30,013 nt of DNA from a virus (IMGVR_UViG_3300000358_000074); one strand, 5' to 3'; counted from the first letter of the stretch, positions 8,063-18,357 are shown. Notes: generated by a model from the sequence alone, not told the origin. Translations and numbers: made by a program.

Positions 8063-9097
8063 TCAGCCGTTGTCAGTGTCCAGTGAGTAGTTTTTAAAGC
8101 GGATGACCTCCTGACCGAGCCAGCCGTTTATCTCGCGGATCCTGTCCTGTAACGGGATAAGCTCATTGCGGACAAAGACCTTTGCCACTTTCTCAATATC
8201 TCCCAGTGACCCGACGTTCTCCGGCTTGCCGCCCATCAACTGAAAGGGGATGCGGTGTGCGTCCAGCAGGTCTGCGGCGCTGGCTTTTTTGATATTAAAA
8301 AAATCGTCCTTCGTCGCCACTTCACTGAGCGGGATAATTTTAATGCCGTCGGCTTTCCCTTGCGGGGCATAGAGAAACAGATTTTTAAAGTTGTTGCGGC
8401 CTTTCGACTTCACCATGTTTTCGCGGAGCATTTCGATATCGTTGCGATCCTGCACGGCATCGGTGACGTACATGATGTATCCGGCATGTGCGCCGTTTTC
8501 GTAATACTTGCGGCGGAACAGCGTGGCCGACTCATTCAGCCAGGCAGAGTTAAGGGCGCTGAGATATTCCGGCAGGCCGTACAGCTCCTGATTAATATCC
8601 GGCTCCAGCAGGTGAAACACGGAGCCGGGCGCGAAAGGTGTCGGCTCATGGAAGGACGGCACCCACCAGTAAACATCCTCTTCCACGCCACGGCGGGTAT
8701 ATTTTGCCGGTGAGGTTTCCAGTCTGATGACCTTACCGGTGGTGCTGTAACGCTTTTCCAGAAACGCATTACCGAACACCAGAAAATCCAGCACAAAGCG
8801 GCTGAAATCCTGCTGGGAAAGCCACGGATGCGGGATAAATGTCGAGGCCAGAATATTACGTTTGACGTAAATCGGTGAGCTGTGATGCACGGCAGCACGC
8901 AGGCTTTTTGCCAGACCGGTAAAGCTGACCGGTGGCTCATACCATCTGCCGTTACTGATGCACTCGACGTAATCCAGAATGTCACGGCGGTCGAGTACCG
9001 GCACCGGCTCACCAAAGGTGAATGCCTCCATTTTCGGGGCGCTGGCGGTCATTTTTTTTGCCGCAGGTTGCGGTGTTTTCCCTTTTTTCTTGCTCAT
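8063..9097 (-). CDS. Q: Portal protein gpQ
   Basis: 344 aa, matching P2 Q length; position adjacent to cos and transcribed away from the capsid genes, as in P2. Confidence 0.9.
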   Translation of the reverse strand: MSKKKGKTPQPAAKKMTASAPKMEAFTFGEPVPVLDRRDILDYVECISNGRWYEPPVSFTGLAKSLRAAVHHSSPIYVKRNILASTFIPHPWLSQQDFSRFVLDFLVFGNAFLEKRYSTTGKVIRLETSPAKYTRRGVEEDVYWWVPSFHEPTPFAPGSVFHLLEPDINQELYGLPEYLSALNSAWLNESATLFRRKYYENGAHAGYIMYVTDAVQDRNDIEMLRENMVKSKGRNNFKNLFLYAPQGKADGIKIIPLSEVATKDDFFNIKKASAADLLDAHRIPFQLMGGKPENVGSLGDIEKVAKVFVRNELIPLQDRIREINGWLGQEVIRFKNYSLDTDNG

Positions 9098-10869
9098 CAG
9101 TAAAACTCCAGAATGGTGGATGTCAGCGGGGTGCTGATACCGGCGGTGAGTGGCTCATTTAACAGGGCGTGCATGGTCGCCCAGGCGAGGTCGGCGTGGC
9201 TGGCTTCCTCGCTGCGGCTGGCCTCATAGGTGGCACTGCGTCCGCTGCTGGTCATGGTCTTGCGGATAGCCATAAACGAGCTGGTGATGTCGGTGGCGCT
9301 GACGTCGTATTCCAGACAGCCACGGCGGATGACGTCTTTTGCCTTGAGCACCATTGCGGTTTTCATTTCCGGCGTGTAGCGGATGTCGCGCGCGGCGGGA
9401 TAGAACGAGCGCACGAGCTGGAACACGCCGACACCGAGGCCGGTGGCATCAATACCGATGTATTCGACGTTGTATTTTTCGGTGAGTTTGCGGATGGATT
9501 CAGCCTGGGTGGCAAAGTCCATGCCTTTCCACTGGTGACGCTCAAGTATTCTGAATTTGCCACCGGCCACCACCGGCGGTGCCAGCACCACGCATCCGGC
9601 ACTGTCGCCACGGTGTGACGGGTCGTAACCAATCCAGACCGGGCGGGAGCCGAACGGATTGGCGGCAAACGGCGCATAGTCTTCCCATTCTTCCAGCGTG
9701 TCGACCATGCAGCGTTGCAGCTCCTCGAACGGGAACACCGACGCCTTGTCGTCAACAAATTCACACATGAACAGGTTTTTAAAATCGTCGGCGCTGTTTT
9801 CGCGTTTGAGCTGCTCAATGTCGAACAGCGTGCAGCCGCCTTTCAGGGCGTCCTCAATGGTGACAATCTGCCGCCACTGACCGTCCGCACAGAGAAGACC
9901 ACCGGAAAGGGCGTTATGACTGACGTCGATTTCCACGCGTTCGGCGGCGCTGGCGCGTCCCCGGTTGAACAGTTCACCCGACCAGAACGGATAGGCGTCG
10001 TGCGCCAGCGTGGACGGGGTGGAGAAATAGGTCGAGCGCAGGTGACTCTGTGAGGCCATACCTGATGCCACCTTACGCAGTACCTGAAAATTCGGGATCC
10101 AGAAAATCTCATCGACGTACAGGTCGCCGTTATGACTCTGTGCGGTGTTGGAGTTGGTGCCGAGAAAAATCAGTTTTGCGCCGTTATTGCCCAGGACAAT
10201 CGGGTCACCGGTCAGGTCAACGTCAACCAGACGGGCAAAGGCGATGATGTATTCACGGAATACATACGCCTGCGTTTTACTGGCCGACAGAAAAATCTGG
10301 TTATGACCGGTTTTCAGGGCGCGCAGCAGCGCCTCGCGGGAAAAATAAAACGTTGCGCCAATCTGACGGGATTTCAGGATATCGCGGATGCGGTGCTCAA
10401 GCCCGGCGCGATACCAGTGCAACTGATAGTCGAAAGACTGCTCAAAGAAAATCTGCTCCAGCTTTTCGATGGCCTCGTCACTGAAAAAATTCTTTTTCGG
10501 TTTGCGCCGCCCGCCTTTGTTGCGGTTAGCGACGTTCGGATTAAGGTCTGCCTCGTTGCCGGTCTGGCTGTAACGATTTACCCGTGCCAGTCGTTCAATC
10601 TGGCGTCCCAGCAGGTCAATTTCCTTGAAGTCACCGCCGGTTTTCTGCGGTTTGATGATGAGCTGGGTCAGTCGCGCTTCCAGACTCATTTCGACACGGC
10701 TGATGGGGGCAACGCTGTCCCAGCCGTCGCGCTGTTTCCAGCTCTGCACCGTCGGGCGTTTCATCTGCAACATGGCGGCAATCTGCGGCACGGAAAACCC
10801 CTGCCAGTACAGCAGCGCCGCCTGACGACGCGGGTCGTGTAAAAGAGTGGTGTCTGTGGTGATGGTCAT
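9097..10869 (-). CDS. P: Terminase large (ATPase) subunit gpP
   Basis: Six-frame ORF 600 aa; start set at the internal ATG 10869 (MTITTDTT...), which has a GGCGAGG Shine-Dalgarno and gives 590 aa as in P2. Stop overlaps the Q start by 1 nt. Confidence 0.9.
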   Translation of the reverse strand: MTITTDTTLLHDPRRQAALLYWQGFSVPQIAAMLQMKRPTVQSWKQRDGWDSVAPISRVEMSLEARLTQLIIKPQKTGGDFKEIDLLGRQIERLARVNRYSQTGNEADLNPNVANRNKGGRRKPKKNFFSDEAIEKLEQIFFEQSFDYQLHWYRAGLEHRIRDILKSRQIGATFYFSREALLRALKTGHNQIFLSASKTQAYVFREYIIAFARLVDVDLTGDPIVLGNNGAKLIFLGTNSNTAQSHNGDLYVDEIFWIPNFQVLRKVASGMASQSHLRSTYFSTPSTLAHDAYPFWSGELFNRGRASAAERVEIDVSHNALSGGLLCADGQWRQIVTIEDALKGGCTLFDIEQLKRENSADDFKNLFMCEFVDDKASVFPFEELQRCMVDTLEEWEDYAPFAANPFGSRPVWIGYDPSHRGDSAGCVVLAPPVVAGGKFRILERHQWKGMDFATQAESIRKLTEKYNVEYIGIDATGLGVGVFQLVRSFYPAARDIRYTPEMKTAMVLKAKDVIRRGCLEYDVSATDITSSFMAIRKTMTSSGRSATYEASRSEEASHADLAWATMHALLNEPLTAGISTPLTSTILEFY

Positions 10870-11042
10870 GAATACCTCGCCGTGATGAATACACGGCAAG
10901 GCTACTGAGTCGCGCCCCGCGATTCGCTAAGGTGCTGTTGTGTCAGTGATAAGCCATCCGGGACTGATGGCGGAGGATGCGCATCGTCGGGAAACTGATG
11001 CCGACATGTGACTCCTCTAATCACTATTCAGGACTCCTGACA

Positions 11043-11897
11043 ATGGCAAAAAAAGTCTCAAAATTCTTTCGTATCGGCGTTGAGGGTGACACCTGTGACG
11101 GGCGTGTCATCAGTGCGCAGGATATTCAGGAAATGGCCGAAACCTTTGACCCGCGTGTCTATGGTTGCCGCATTAACCTGGAACATCTGCGCGGCATCCT
11201 GCCTGACGGTATTTTTAAGCGTTATGGCGATGTGGCCGAACTGAAGGCCGAAAAGATTGACGATGATTCGGCGCTGAAAGGCAAATGGGCGCTGTTTGCG
11301 AAAATCACCCCGACCGATGACCTTATCGCGATGAACAAGGCCGCGCAGAAGGTCTACACCTCAATGGAAATTCAGCCGAACTTTGCCAACACCGGCAAGT
11401 GTTATCTGGTGGGGCTGGCCGTCACCGATGACCCGGCAAGCCTCGGCACGGAATACCTGGAATTCTGCCGCACGGCAAAACACAACCCCCTGAACCGCTT
11501 CAAATTAAGCCCTGAAAACCTGATTTCAGTGGCAACGCCCGTTGAGCTGGAATTTGAAGACCTGCCTGAAACCGTGTTCACCGCCCTGACCGAAAAGGTG
11601 AAGTCCATTTTTGGCCGCAAACAGGCCAGCGATGACGCCCGTCTGAATGACGTGCATGAAGCGGTGACCGCTGTTGCTGAACATGTGCAGGAAAAACTGA
11701 GCGCCACTGAGCAGCGCCTTGCTGAGATGGAAACCGCCTTTTCCGCACTTAAGCAGGATGTGACTGACAGGGCGGATGAAACCAGTCAGGCATTCACCCG
11801 CCTGAAAAACAGTCTCGACCACACCGAAAGTCTGACCCAGCTGCGCCGCAGTAAAGCCACCGGCGGTGGCGGTGACGCCCTGATGACGAACTGCTGA
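11043..11897 (+). CDS. O: Capsid scaffolding protein gpO
   Basis: Start at the internal ATG (MAKKVSKFFRIGVEGD...), giving 284 aa as in P2 O. Confidence 0.9.
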   Translation: MAKKVSKFFRIGVEGDTCDGRVISAQDIQEMAETFDPRVYGCRINLEHLRGILPDGIFKRYGDVAELKAEKIDDDSALKGKWALFAKITPTDDLIAMNKAAQKVYTSMEIQPNFANTGKCYLVGLAVTDDPASLGTEYLEFCRTAKHNPLNRFKLSPENLISVATPVELEFEDLPETVFTALTEKVKSIFGRKQASDDARLNDVHEAVTAVAEHVQEKLSATEQRLAEMETAFSALKQDVTDRADETSQAFTRLKNSLDHTESLTQLRRSKATGGGGDALMTNC

Positions 11898-11955
11898 CCG
11901 GCGTCAGTCAGTCCGGGAAAACCTTCACGATTAACCCTTAATTTCAGGAAAAACT

Positions 11956-13029
11956 ATGCGCCAGGAAACCCGCTTTAAATTTAATGCCTACCTGTCCCGT
12001 GTTGCCGAACTGAACGGCATCGACGCCGGTGATGTGTCGAAAAAATTCACCGTTGAACCGTCGGTCACCCAGACCCTGATGAACACCATGCAGGAGTCCT
12101 CTGACTTTCTGACCCGCATCAACATTGTGCCGGTCAGCGAAATGAAAGGGGAAAAAATTGGCATCGGTGTCACCGGCTCCATCGCCAGCACCACCGACAC
12201 CGCCGGTGGCACCGAGCGTCAGCCGAAGGACTTCTCGAAGCTGGCGTCAAACAAGTACGAATGCGACCAGATTAACTTCGATTTTTATATCCGCTACAAA
12301 ACGCTTGACCTGTGGGCGCGTTATCAGGATTTCCAGCTCCGTATCCGTAACGCCATTATCAAACGCCAGTCCCTTGATTTCATCATGGCAGGTTTTAACG
12401 GCGTGAAGCGTGCCGAAACCTCTGACCGCAGCAGCAATCCGATGCTGCAGGATGTGGCGGTCGGCTGGCTGCAGAAATACCGCAATGAAGCCCCGGCGCG
12501 CGTGATGAGCAAGGTCACTGACGAGGAAGGTCGCACGACCTCTGAGGTTATCCGCGTGGGTAAGGGCGGTGATTATGCCAGCCTTGATGCACTGGTGATG
12601 GATGCGACCAACAACCTGATTGAGCCGTGGTATCAGGAAGACCCTGACCTTGTGGTGATTGTGGGACGTCAGCTACTGGCGGACAAGTATTTCCCCATCG
12701 TTAACAAGGAGCAGGATAACAGCGAAATGCTGGCCGCTGACGTCATTATCAGCCAGAAACGCATCGGTAACCTGCCGGCGGTACGCGTCCCGTACTTTCC
12801 GGCGGATGCGATGCTCATCACGAAGCTGGAAAACCTGTCCATCTACTACATGGATGACAGCCATCGCCGCGTGATTGTGGAAAACCCGAAACTCGACCGC
12901 GTGGAGAACTACGAGTCAATGAACATTGATTACGTGGTGGAAGACTACGCCGCCGGTTGTCTGGTGGAAAAAATTAAGGTCGGTGATTTCTCCACACCGG
13001 CTAAGGCGACCGCAGAGCCGGGAGCGTAA
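11956..13029 (+). CDS. N: Major capsid protein gpN
   Basis: 357 aa, P2 N length and position. Confidence 0.9.
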   Translation: MRQETRFKFNAYLSRVAELNGIDAGDVSKKFTVEPSVTQTLMNTMQESSDFLTRINIVPVSEMKGEKIGIGVTGSIASTTDTAGGTERQPKDFSKLASNKYECDQINFDFYIRYKTLDLWARYQDFQLRIRNAIIKRQSLDFIMAGFNGVKRAETSDRSSNPMLQDVAVGWLQKYRNEAPARVMSKVTDEEGRTTSEVIRVGKGGDYASLDALVMDATNNLIEPWYQEDPDLVVIVGRQLLADKYFPIVNKEQDNSEMLAADVIISQKRIGNLPAVRVPYFPADAMLITKLENLSIYYMDDSHRRVIVENPKLDRVENYESMNIDYVVEDYAAGCLVEKIKVGDFSTPAKATAEPGA

Positions 13030-13032
13030 CCG

Positions 13033-13776
13033 ATGACGAGTCCCGCACAGCGCCACATGATGCGGGTCTCGGCAGCGATGACCGCGCAGCGGGAAGCCGC
13101 CCCGCTGCGACATGCAACTGTCTATGAGCAGATGCTGGTCAAGCTGGCCGCAGACCAGCGCACACTGAAAGCGATTTATTCAAAAGAGCTGAAGGCCGCG
13201 AAAAAACGCGAACTGCTGCCGTTCTGGTTGCCGTGGGTGAACGGCGTGCTGGAGCAGGGCAAAGGTGCACAGGATGACATTCTGATGACGGTCATGCTGT
13301 GGCGTCTGGATACCGGCGATATTGCCGGTGCGCTGGAGATTGCCCGTTATGCCCTGAAGTATGGTCTGACCATGCCGGGTAAACACCGCCGCACCCCGCC
13401 GTACATGTTCACCGAGGAGGTCGCGCTCGCGGCCATGCGCGCCCACGCTGCCGGTGAGTCTGTGGCTCCCCGCCTGCTGACGGAGACCCTTGAACTGACC
13501 GCCACGGCAGACATGCCTGATGAAGTGCGCGCAAAGCTGCACAAAATCACCGGTCTGTTTCTGCGTGACGCTGGTGATGCCGCCGGTGCGCTGGCTCACC
13601 TGCAACGTGCGACACAGCTCGACTGTCAGGCAGGCGTCAAAAAAGAGATTGAACGACTGGAGCGGGAGCTGAAACCGAAGCCGGAGCCGCAGCCCAAAGC
13701 GGCCACCCGTACCCCGCGTAAGACCCGGAGCGTGACACCGGCAAAACGTGGACGCCCGAAAAAGAAAGCCAGTTAA
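13033..13776 (+). CDS. M: Terminase small (endonuclease) subunit gpM
   Basis: 247 aa, P2 M length and position, basic C-terminal tail. Confidence 0.85.
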   Translation: MTSPAQRHMMRVSAAMTAQREAAPLRHATVYEQMLVKLAADQRTLKAIYSKELKAAKKRELLPFWLPWVNGVLEQGKGAQDDILMTVMLWRLDTGDIAGALEIARYALKYGLTMPGKHRRTPPYMFTEEVALAAMRAHAAGESVAPRLLTETLELTATADMPDEVRAKLHKITGLFLRDAGDAAGALAHLQRATQLDCQAGVKKEIERLERELKPKPEPQPKAATRTPRKTRSVTPAKRGRPKKKAS

Positions 13777-13875
13777 CAACCGAATGCGCCCCGCGCCAGG
13801 GCGGCACGCCGGTCAGTGAGGGTGAATCACCTGACACTGCACCGGCGTCCACCGCCCGACTTTTCAGAGGTAGTC

Positions 13876-14385
13876 ATGATGACGCTGATTATTCCGCGAA
13901 AGGAGGCTCCCGTGTCCGGTGAGGGTACGGTGGTCATCCCGCAACCGGCAGGCGACGAGCCGGTGATTAAAAACACATTCTTTTTTCCCGATATCGACCC
14001 GAAGCGCGTCCGGGAACGTATGCGCCTTGAGCAGACCGTCGCCCCCGCCCGTCTGCGTGAGGCCATCAAGTCAGGCATGGCTGAAACGAATGCGGAGCTG
14101 TACGAGTACCGCGAACAGAAAATTGCCGCCGGTTTTACGCGTCTGGCGGACGTTCCGGCGGACGACATCGACGGTGAAAGCATCAAAGTTTTTTACTACG
14201 AGCGCGCCGTGTGTGCGATGGCGACCGCGTCGCTTTATGAGCGTTATCGCGGCGTGGATGCCAGTGCGAAAGGCGACAAGAAGGCCGACAGCATTGACAG
14301 CACCATTGATGAACTGTGGCGGGATATGCGCTGGGCGGTGGCGCGTATCCAGGACAAGCCGCGCTGCATCGTGAGTCAAATCTGA
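13876..14385 (+). CDS. L: Head completion/stabilisation protein gpL
   Basis: Internal start MMTLIIP with GAGG Shine-Dalgarno gives 169 aa as in P2 L. Confidence 0.85.
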   Translation: MMTLIIPRKEAPVSGEGTVVIPQPAGDEPVIKNTFFFPDIDPKRVRERMRLEQTVAPARLREAIKSGMAETNAELYEYREQKIAAGFTRLADVPADDIDGESIKVFYYERAVCAMATASLYERYRGVDASAKGDKKADSIDSTIDELWRDMRWAVARIQDKPRCIVSQI

Positions 14386-14588
14386 TGAAGACCTTTGCGC
14401 TACAGGGCGACACGCTCGACGCCATTTGTGTCCGGTATTACGGGCGCACTGAGGGCGTGGTTGAGACCGTGCTCGCCGCAAATCCGGGACTGGCTGAACT
14501 GGGTGCGGTGCTGCCACACGGCACCGCCGTCGAACTGCCCGACGTTCAGACCGCGCCCGTGGCTGAAACTGTCAATCTGTGGGAGTAA
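14385..14588 (+). CDS. X: Tail protein gpX
   Basis: 67 aa (MKTFALQGDTLDAICVRYYG...), P2 X length; start overlaps the L stop (TGATG). Confidence 0.8.
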   Translation: MKTFALQGDTLDAICVRYYGRTEGVVETVLAANPGLAELGAVLPHGTAVELPDVQTAPVAETVNLWE

Positions 14589-14591
14589 CGC

Positions 14592-14873
14592 ATGACAGCA
14601 GAAGAAAAAAGCGTCCTGTCGCTTTTCATGATTGGGGTGCTGATTGTTGTCGGCAAGGTGCTTGCCGGTGGTGAACCCATCACCCCGCGTCTGTTTATCG
14701 GGCGCATGTTGCTCGGTGGTTTTGTTTCGATGGTTGCCGGTGTTGTTCTGGTGCAGTTTCCTGACCTGTCACTGCCTGCGGTGTGCGGCATCGGCTCCAT
14801 GCTGGGTATCGCCGGTTATCAGGTGATTGAGATTGCCATTCAGCGCCGCTTTAAGGGCAGGGGGAAACCGTAA
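14592..14873 (+). CDS. Y: Holin gpY
   Basis: 93 aa, hydrophobic transmembrane segments, position before the lysozyme. Confidence 0.8.
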   Translation: MTAEEKSVLSLFMIGVLIVVGKVLAGGEPITPRLFIGRMLLGGFVSMVAGVVLVQFPDLSLPAVCGIGSMLGIAGYQVIEIAIQRRFKGRGKP

Positions 14874-15438
14874 TGCCGGTAATTAACACGCATCAGAATA
14901 TCGCCGCCTTTCTCGACATGCTGGCGGTGTCCGAAGGGACGGCGAATCACCCGCTGACGAAAAACCGGGGCTATGACGTGATAGTNNNNNNNNNNNNNNN
15001 NNNNNNNNNNNNNNNNNNNNNNNNNNNNNNNNNNNNNNNNNNNNNNNNNNNNNNNNNNNNNNNNNNNNNNNNNNNNAAATATTCACCGACTACAGTGACC
15101 ACCCGTTCGCGCATGGCCGACCGGCGAAGGTGTTTAACCGTCGCGGTGAAAAATCCACGGCTTCCGGTCGCTATCAGCAGCTTTACCTGTTCTGGCCGCA
15201 CTACCGCAAACAGCTTGCCCTGCCGGATTTCAGTCCGTTGTCACAGGACAGACTTGCCATTCAGTTGATCCGCGAACGCGGTGCACTGGATGACATCCGG
15301 GCGGGACGCATTGAGCGCGCCATTTCACGCTGTCGCAATATCTGGGCGTCCCTGCCGGGAGCCGGTTACGGTCAGCGTGAGCATTCACTGGAAAAACTGG
15401 TCACCGTCTGGCGTACCGCTGGCGGCGTACCGGCTTAA
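14873..15438 (+). CDS. K: Endolysin gpK (lambda R-like lytic transglycosylase), interrupted by an assembly gap
   Basis: N-terminal MPVINTHQNIAAFLDMLAVSEGT...GYDVI and C-terminal FTDYSDHP...IWASLPGAGYGQREH resemble lambda R / P2 K. The two parts are in different frames across the 91-N run, so the true gap length differs. Confidence 0.75.
14986..15076. other. Assembly gap (91 N)
   Basis: Uninterrupted run of n characters. Confidence 0.99.
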
Positions 15439-15452
15439 ACGGAGTAAACACC

Positions 15453-15878
15453 ATGAAGAAATTATCCCTTTCACTGATGCTGAACGTGTCGCTGGCGCTG
15501 ATGCTGGCACTGTCCCTGATTTACCCGCAGAGCGTGGCCGTCAATTTTGTCGCCGCCTGGGCGATTCTGGCGACGGTTATCTGTGTGGTTGCCGGTGGTG
15601 TCGGCGTGTATGCCACTGAGTATGTGCTGGAACGCTACGGGCGGGAGCTGCCGCCGGAATCGCTGGCCGTGAAGATTGTCGCGTCGCTGTTTTTGCAGCC
15701 GGTGCCGTGGCGCAGACGGGCGGCGGCTCTGGTGGTGATGGTGGCGACGTTTATCTCGCTGGTCGCTGCCGGGTGGATTTTTACCGCGCTGATTTACCTC
15801 GTGGCGTCGGTGTTCTTCCGGTTGATACGCACGGCCTGTCGTCAGCGTTTTGAGGGGCGGGAACCATGTCAAAGCTGA
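15453..15878 (+). CDS. lysA: Lysis regulatory membrane protein LysA
   Basis: 141 aa, multiple hydrophobic helices, position after K as in P2. Confidence 0.7.
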   Translation: MKKLSLSLMLNVSLALMLALSLIYPQSVAVNFVAAWAILATVICVVAGGVGVYATEYVLERYGRELPPESLAVKIVASLFLQPVPWRRRAAALVVMVATFISLVAAGWIFTALIYLVASVFFRLIRTACRQRFEGREPCQS

Positions 15879-16291
15879 TGATTGTGCTGGTTGTGTTGTT
15901 ATCACTGGCGGTGGCCGGTCTGTTTCTGGCGAAGCATGAAAACGCCAGCCTGCGCACCTCGCTGGACAGGGCGAACAACGTCGCCAACGGGCAGCAGACG
16001 ACCATCACCATGCTGAAAAATCAGCTTCATGTTGCCCTCACCAGAGCAGACAAAAACGAGCTGGCGCAGGTGGCACTGCGTCAGGAACTGGAGAACGCGG
16101 CGAAGCGTGAAGCACAGCGCGAGAAAACCATCACGAGGTTACTGAATGAAAACGAAGATTTTCGCCGCTGGTACGGCGCTGGCCTGCCTGATGCTGTGCG
16201 CCGGTTGCACCAGCGCCCGGCCTGCACCGACGCCAGTGATTGTCGCCAACGCCTGCCCGAAAGTGAGCCTTTGCCCGATGCCGGGCAGTGA
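15866..16291 (+). CDS. lysB: LysB, Rz-like inner-membrane spanin
   Basis: 141 aa, N-terminal transmembrane helix then coiled-coil-like region; P2 LysB length. Confidence 0.8.
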   Translation: MSKLMIVLVVLLSLAVAGLFLAKHENASLRTSLDRANNVANGQQTTITMLKNQLHVALTRADKNELAQVALRQELENAAKREAQREKTITRLLNENEDFRRWYGAGLPDAVRRLHQRPACTDASDCRQRLPESEPLPDAGQ

Positions 16292-16436
16292 CCCGGAGAC
16301 GAACGGCGATTTAAGTGCCGATATCCGACAGCTTGAGAACGCGCTGGCACGCTGTGCCAGCCAGGTAAAAATGATTAAACACTGTCAGGACGAAAACGAT
16401 GCTCAAACCCGACAGCCTGCGCAGGGCGCTGACTGA
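16146..16436 (+). CDS. lysC: LysC, Rz1-like outer-membrane lipoprotein spanin
   Basis: 96 aa with lipobox (LCAGCT), in the +1 frame overlapping the 3' end of lysB. Confidence 0.75.
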   Translation: MKTKIFAAGTALACLMLCAGCTSARPAPTPVIVANACPKVSLCPMPGSDPETNGDLSADIRQLENALARCASQVKMIKHCQDENDAQTRQPAQGAD

Positions 16437-16866
16437 TGCCGTCACGGTGCTGAAAACCAGTCCCGAGATGCTGCGGATATTCGTTGATAACGGGAGTATT
16501 GCCTCCACGCTGGCGACGTCGTTGTCATTCGAAAAGCGTTACACGCTCAATGTGATTGTGACCGACTTTACCGGTGATTTTGACCTGCTCATCGTGCCGG
16601 TGCTGGCGTGGCTGCGGGAAAATCAGCCCGACATCATGACCACCGACGAAGGCCAGAAAAAGGGCTTCACGTTTTATGCAGACATCAACAATGACAGCAG
16701 CTTTGATATCAGCATCAGCCTGATGCTGACCGAGCGCACGCTGGTCAGTGAGGTGGACGGCGCACTGCATGTGAAGAATATCCCGGAACCCACGCCGCCG
16801 GAGCCGGTCACCCGCCCGGTGGAGCTTTATATCAATGGCGAACTGGTGAGCAAGTGGGATGAATGA
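16399..16866 (+). CDS. R: Tail completion protein gpR
   Basis: 155 aa, P2 R length and position. Confidence 0.85.
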   Translation: MLKPDSLRRALTDAVTVLKTSPEMLRIFVDNGSIASTLATSLSFEKRYTLNVIVTDFTGDFDLLIVPVLAWLRENQPDIMTTDEGQKKGFTFYADINNDSSFDISISLMLTERTLVSEVDGALHVKNIPEPTPPEPVTRPVELYINGELVSKWDE

Positions 16867-17311
16867 GTTTAAGCGTTTTGAAGACCGGCTGACCGGACTG
16901 ATTGAATCGCTGTCACCGTCAGGGCGTCGGCGACTGAGCGCCGAACTGGCGAAACGTCTGCGGCAGAGTCAGCAGCGTCGGGTGATGGCTCAGAAAGCCC
17001 CGGACGGCACACCCTACGCGCCACGCCAGCAGCAGAGCGCCAGAAAAAAGACTGGTCGTGTTAAGCGAAAAATGTTTGCGAAACTTATCACCAGTCGTTT
17101 TTTGCATATCCGCGCCAGCCCGGAACAGGCATCAATGGAGTTTTACGGCGGAAAGTCACCGAAAATCGCCAGTGTGCATCAGTTCGGTCTGTCGGAAGAA
17201 AACCGGAAAGACGGTAAGAAAATTGATTATCCGGCGCGTCCCCTGCTCGGCTTTACCGGTGAGGATGTGCAGATGATTGAAGAGATTATTCTGGCGCACC
17301 TCGACCGTTAG
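16859..17311 (+). CDS. S: Tail completion protein gpS
   Basis: 150 aa, P2 S length and position. Confidence 0.85.
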   Translation: MNEFKRFEDRLTGLIESLSPSGRRRLSAELAKRLRQSQQRRVMAQKAPDGTPYAPRQQQSARKKTGRVKRKMFAKLITSRFLHIRASPEQASMEFYGGKSPKIASVHQFGLSEENRKDGKKIDYPARPLLGFTGEDVQMIEEIILAHLDR

Positions 17312-17377
17312 TTGTGCCATTCCCGACACCTCATCGTCACATTGCCGCCGGTATGACCCGGCGGCATCCTTCCCGTT

Positions 17378-18013
17378 ATGAACACTCTCGCAAATATTCA
17401 GGAACTCGCGCGCGCACTGCGCAACATGATCCGCACCGGCATTATCGTCGAAACCGACCTTAACGCCGGTCGCTGCCGTGTGCAGACCGGCGGCATGTGC
17501 ACCGACTGGCTTCAGTGGCTGACCCATCGCGCCGGACGTTCGCGCACATGGTGGGCGCCTTCCGTGGGGGAACAGGTGCTGATTCTGTCCGTGGGTGGTG
17601 AACTCGACACGGCGTTCGTTCTGCCGGGGATTTATTCCGGTGATAACCCCTCGCCGTCTGTGTCGGCGGATGCCCTGCATATCCGTTTCCCTGACGGGGC
17701 GGTGATTGAATATGAACCCGAAACCAGTGCACTCACGGTAAGCGGAATTAAAACGGCCAGCGTGACGGCTTCTGATTCTGTTACTGCCACGGTGCCTGTG
17801 GTCACGGTGAAAGCGTCAACCCGTGTCACCCTGGACACACCGGAAGTGGTCTGCACTAACAAACTGACTACCGGCACGCTGGAAGTGCAGAAGGGCGGGA
17901 CGATGCGCGGCAACATTGAACACACCGGCGGTGAACTCTCATCAAACGGTAAGGTACTGCATACCCATAAACACCCCGGCGACAGCGGCGGCACAACCGG
18001 GGGACCTCTATGA
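17378..18013 (+). CDS. V: Baseplate spike protein gpV
   Basis: 211 aa, P2 V length and position. Confidence 0.9.
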   Translation: MNTLANIQELARALRNMIRTGIIVETDLNAGRCRVQTGGMCTDWLQWLTHRAGRSRTWWAPSVGEQVLILSVGGELDTAFVLPGIYSGDNPSPSVSADALHIRFPDGAVIEYEPETSALTVSGIKTASVTASDSVTATVPVVTVKASTRVTLDTPEVVCTNKLTTGTLEVQKGGTMRGNIEHTGGELSSNGKVLHTHKHPGDSGGTTGGPL

Positions 18014-18357
18014 CTGCGCGTTATCTCGGAATGAATCGCAGTGATGGCCTGACTGTCACTGACCTTGAGCATATCAGCCAGAGTATCGGCGATATCCTGC
18101 GCACACCGGTCGGCTCACGGGTGATGCGTCGTGATTACGGCTCGTTGCTGGCATCAATGATTGACCAGCCGCAGACCCCGGCGCTTGAGTTGCAGATTAA
18201 GGTCGCCTGTTACATGGCGGTGCTGAAATGGGAACCCCGCGTCACCCTGTCATCTGTCACCACGGCGCGCAGCTTTGACGGGCGAATGACGGTCACGTTA
18301 ACCGGCCAGCACAACGACACCGGCCAGTCACTTTCGTTAACCATCCCTGTGAGTTGA
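18010..18357 (+). CDS. W: Baseplate protein gpW (gp25-like)
   Basis: 115 aa, P2 W length and position. Confidence 0.9.
   Translation: MTARYLGMNRSDGLTVTDLEHISQSIGDILRTPVGSRVMRRDYGSLLASMIDQPQTPALELQIKVACYMAVLKWEPRVTLSSVTTARSFDGRMTVTLTGQHNDTGQSLSLTIPVS

Noticed and set aside
8255-10842. Numerous long ORFs antisense to or out of frame within Q and P (e.g. 8255-8713 +, 8536-9015 -, 9169-9618 +, 9363-9818 -, 10132-10842 +)
   Set aside because: They lie entirely inside the well-supported portal and terminase genes in GC-rich DNA where stop codons are rare; they are shadow ORFs.
14986-15076. X-containing ORFs across the N run (14883-15086 -, 14971-15201 -)
   Set aside because: They are translations of the assembly gap, not real sequence.
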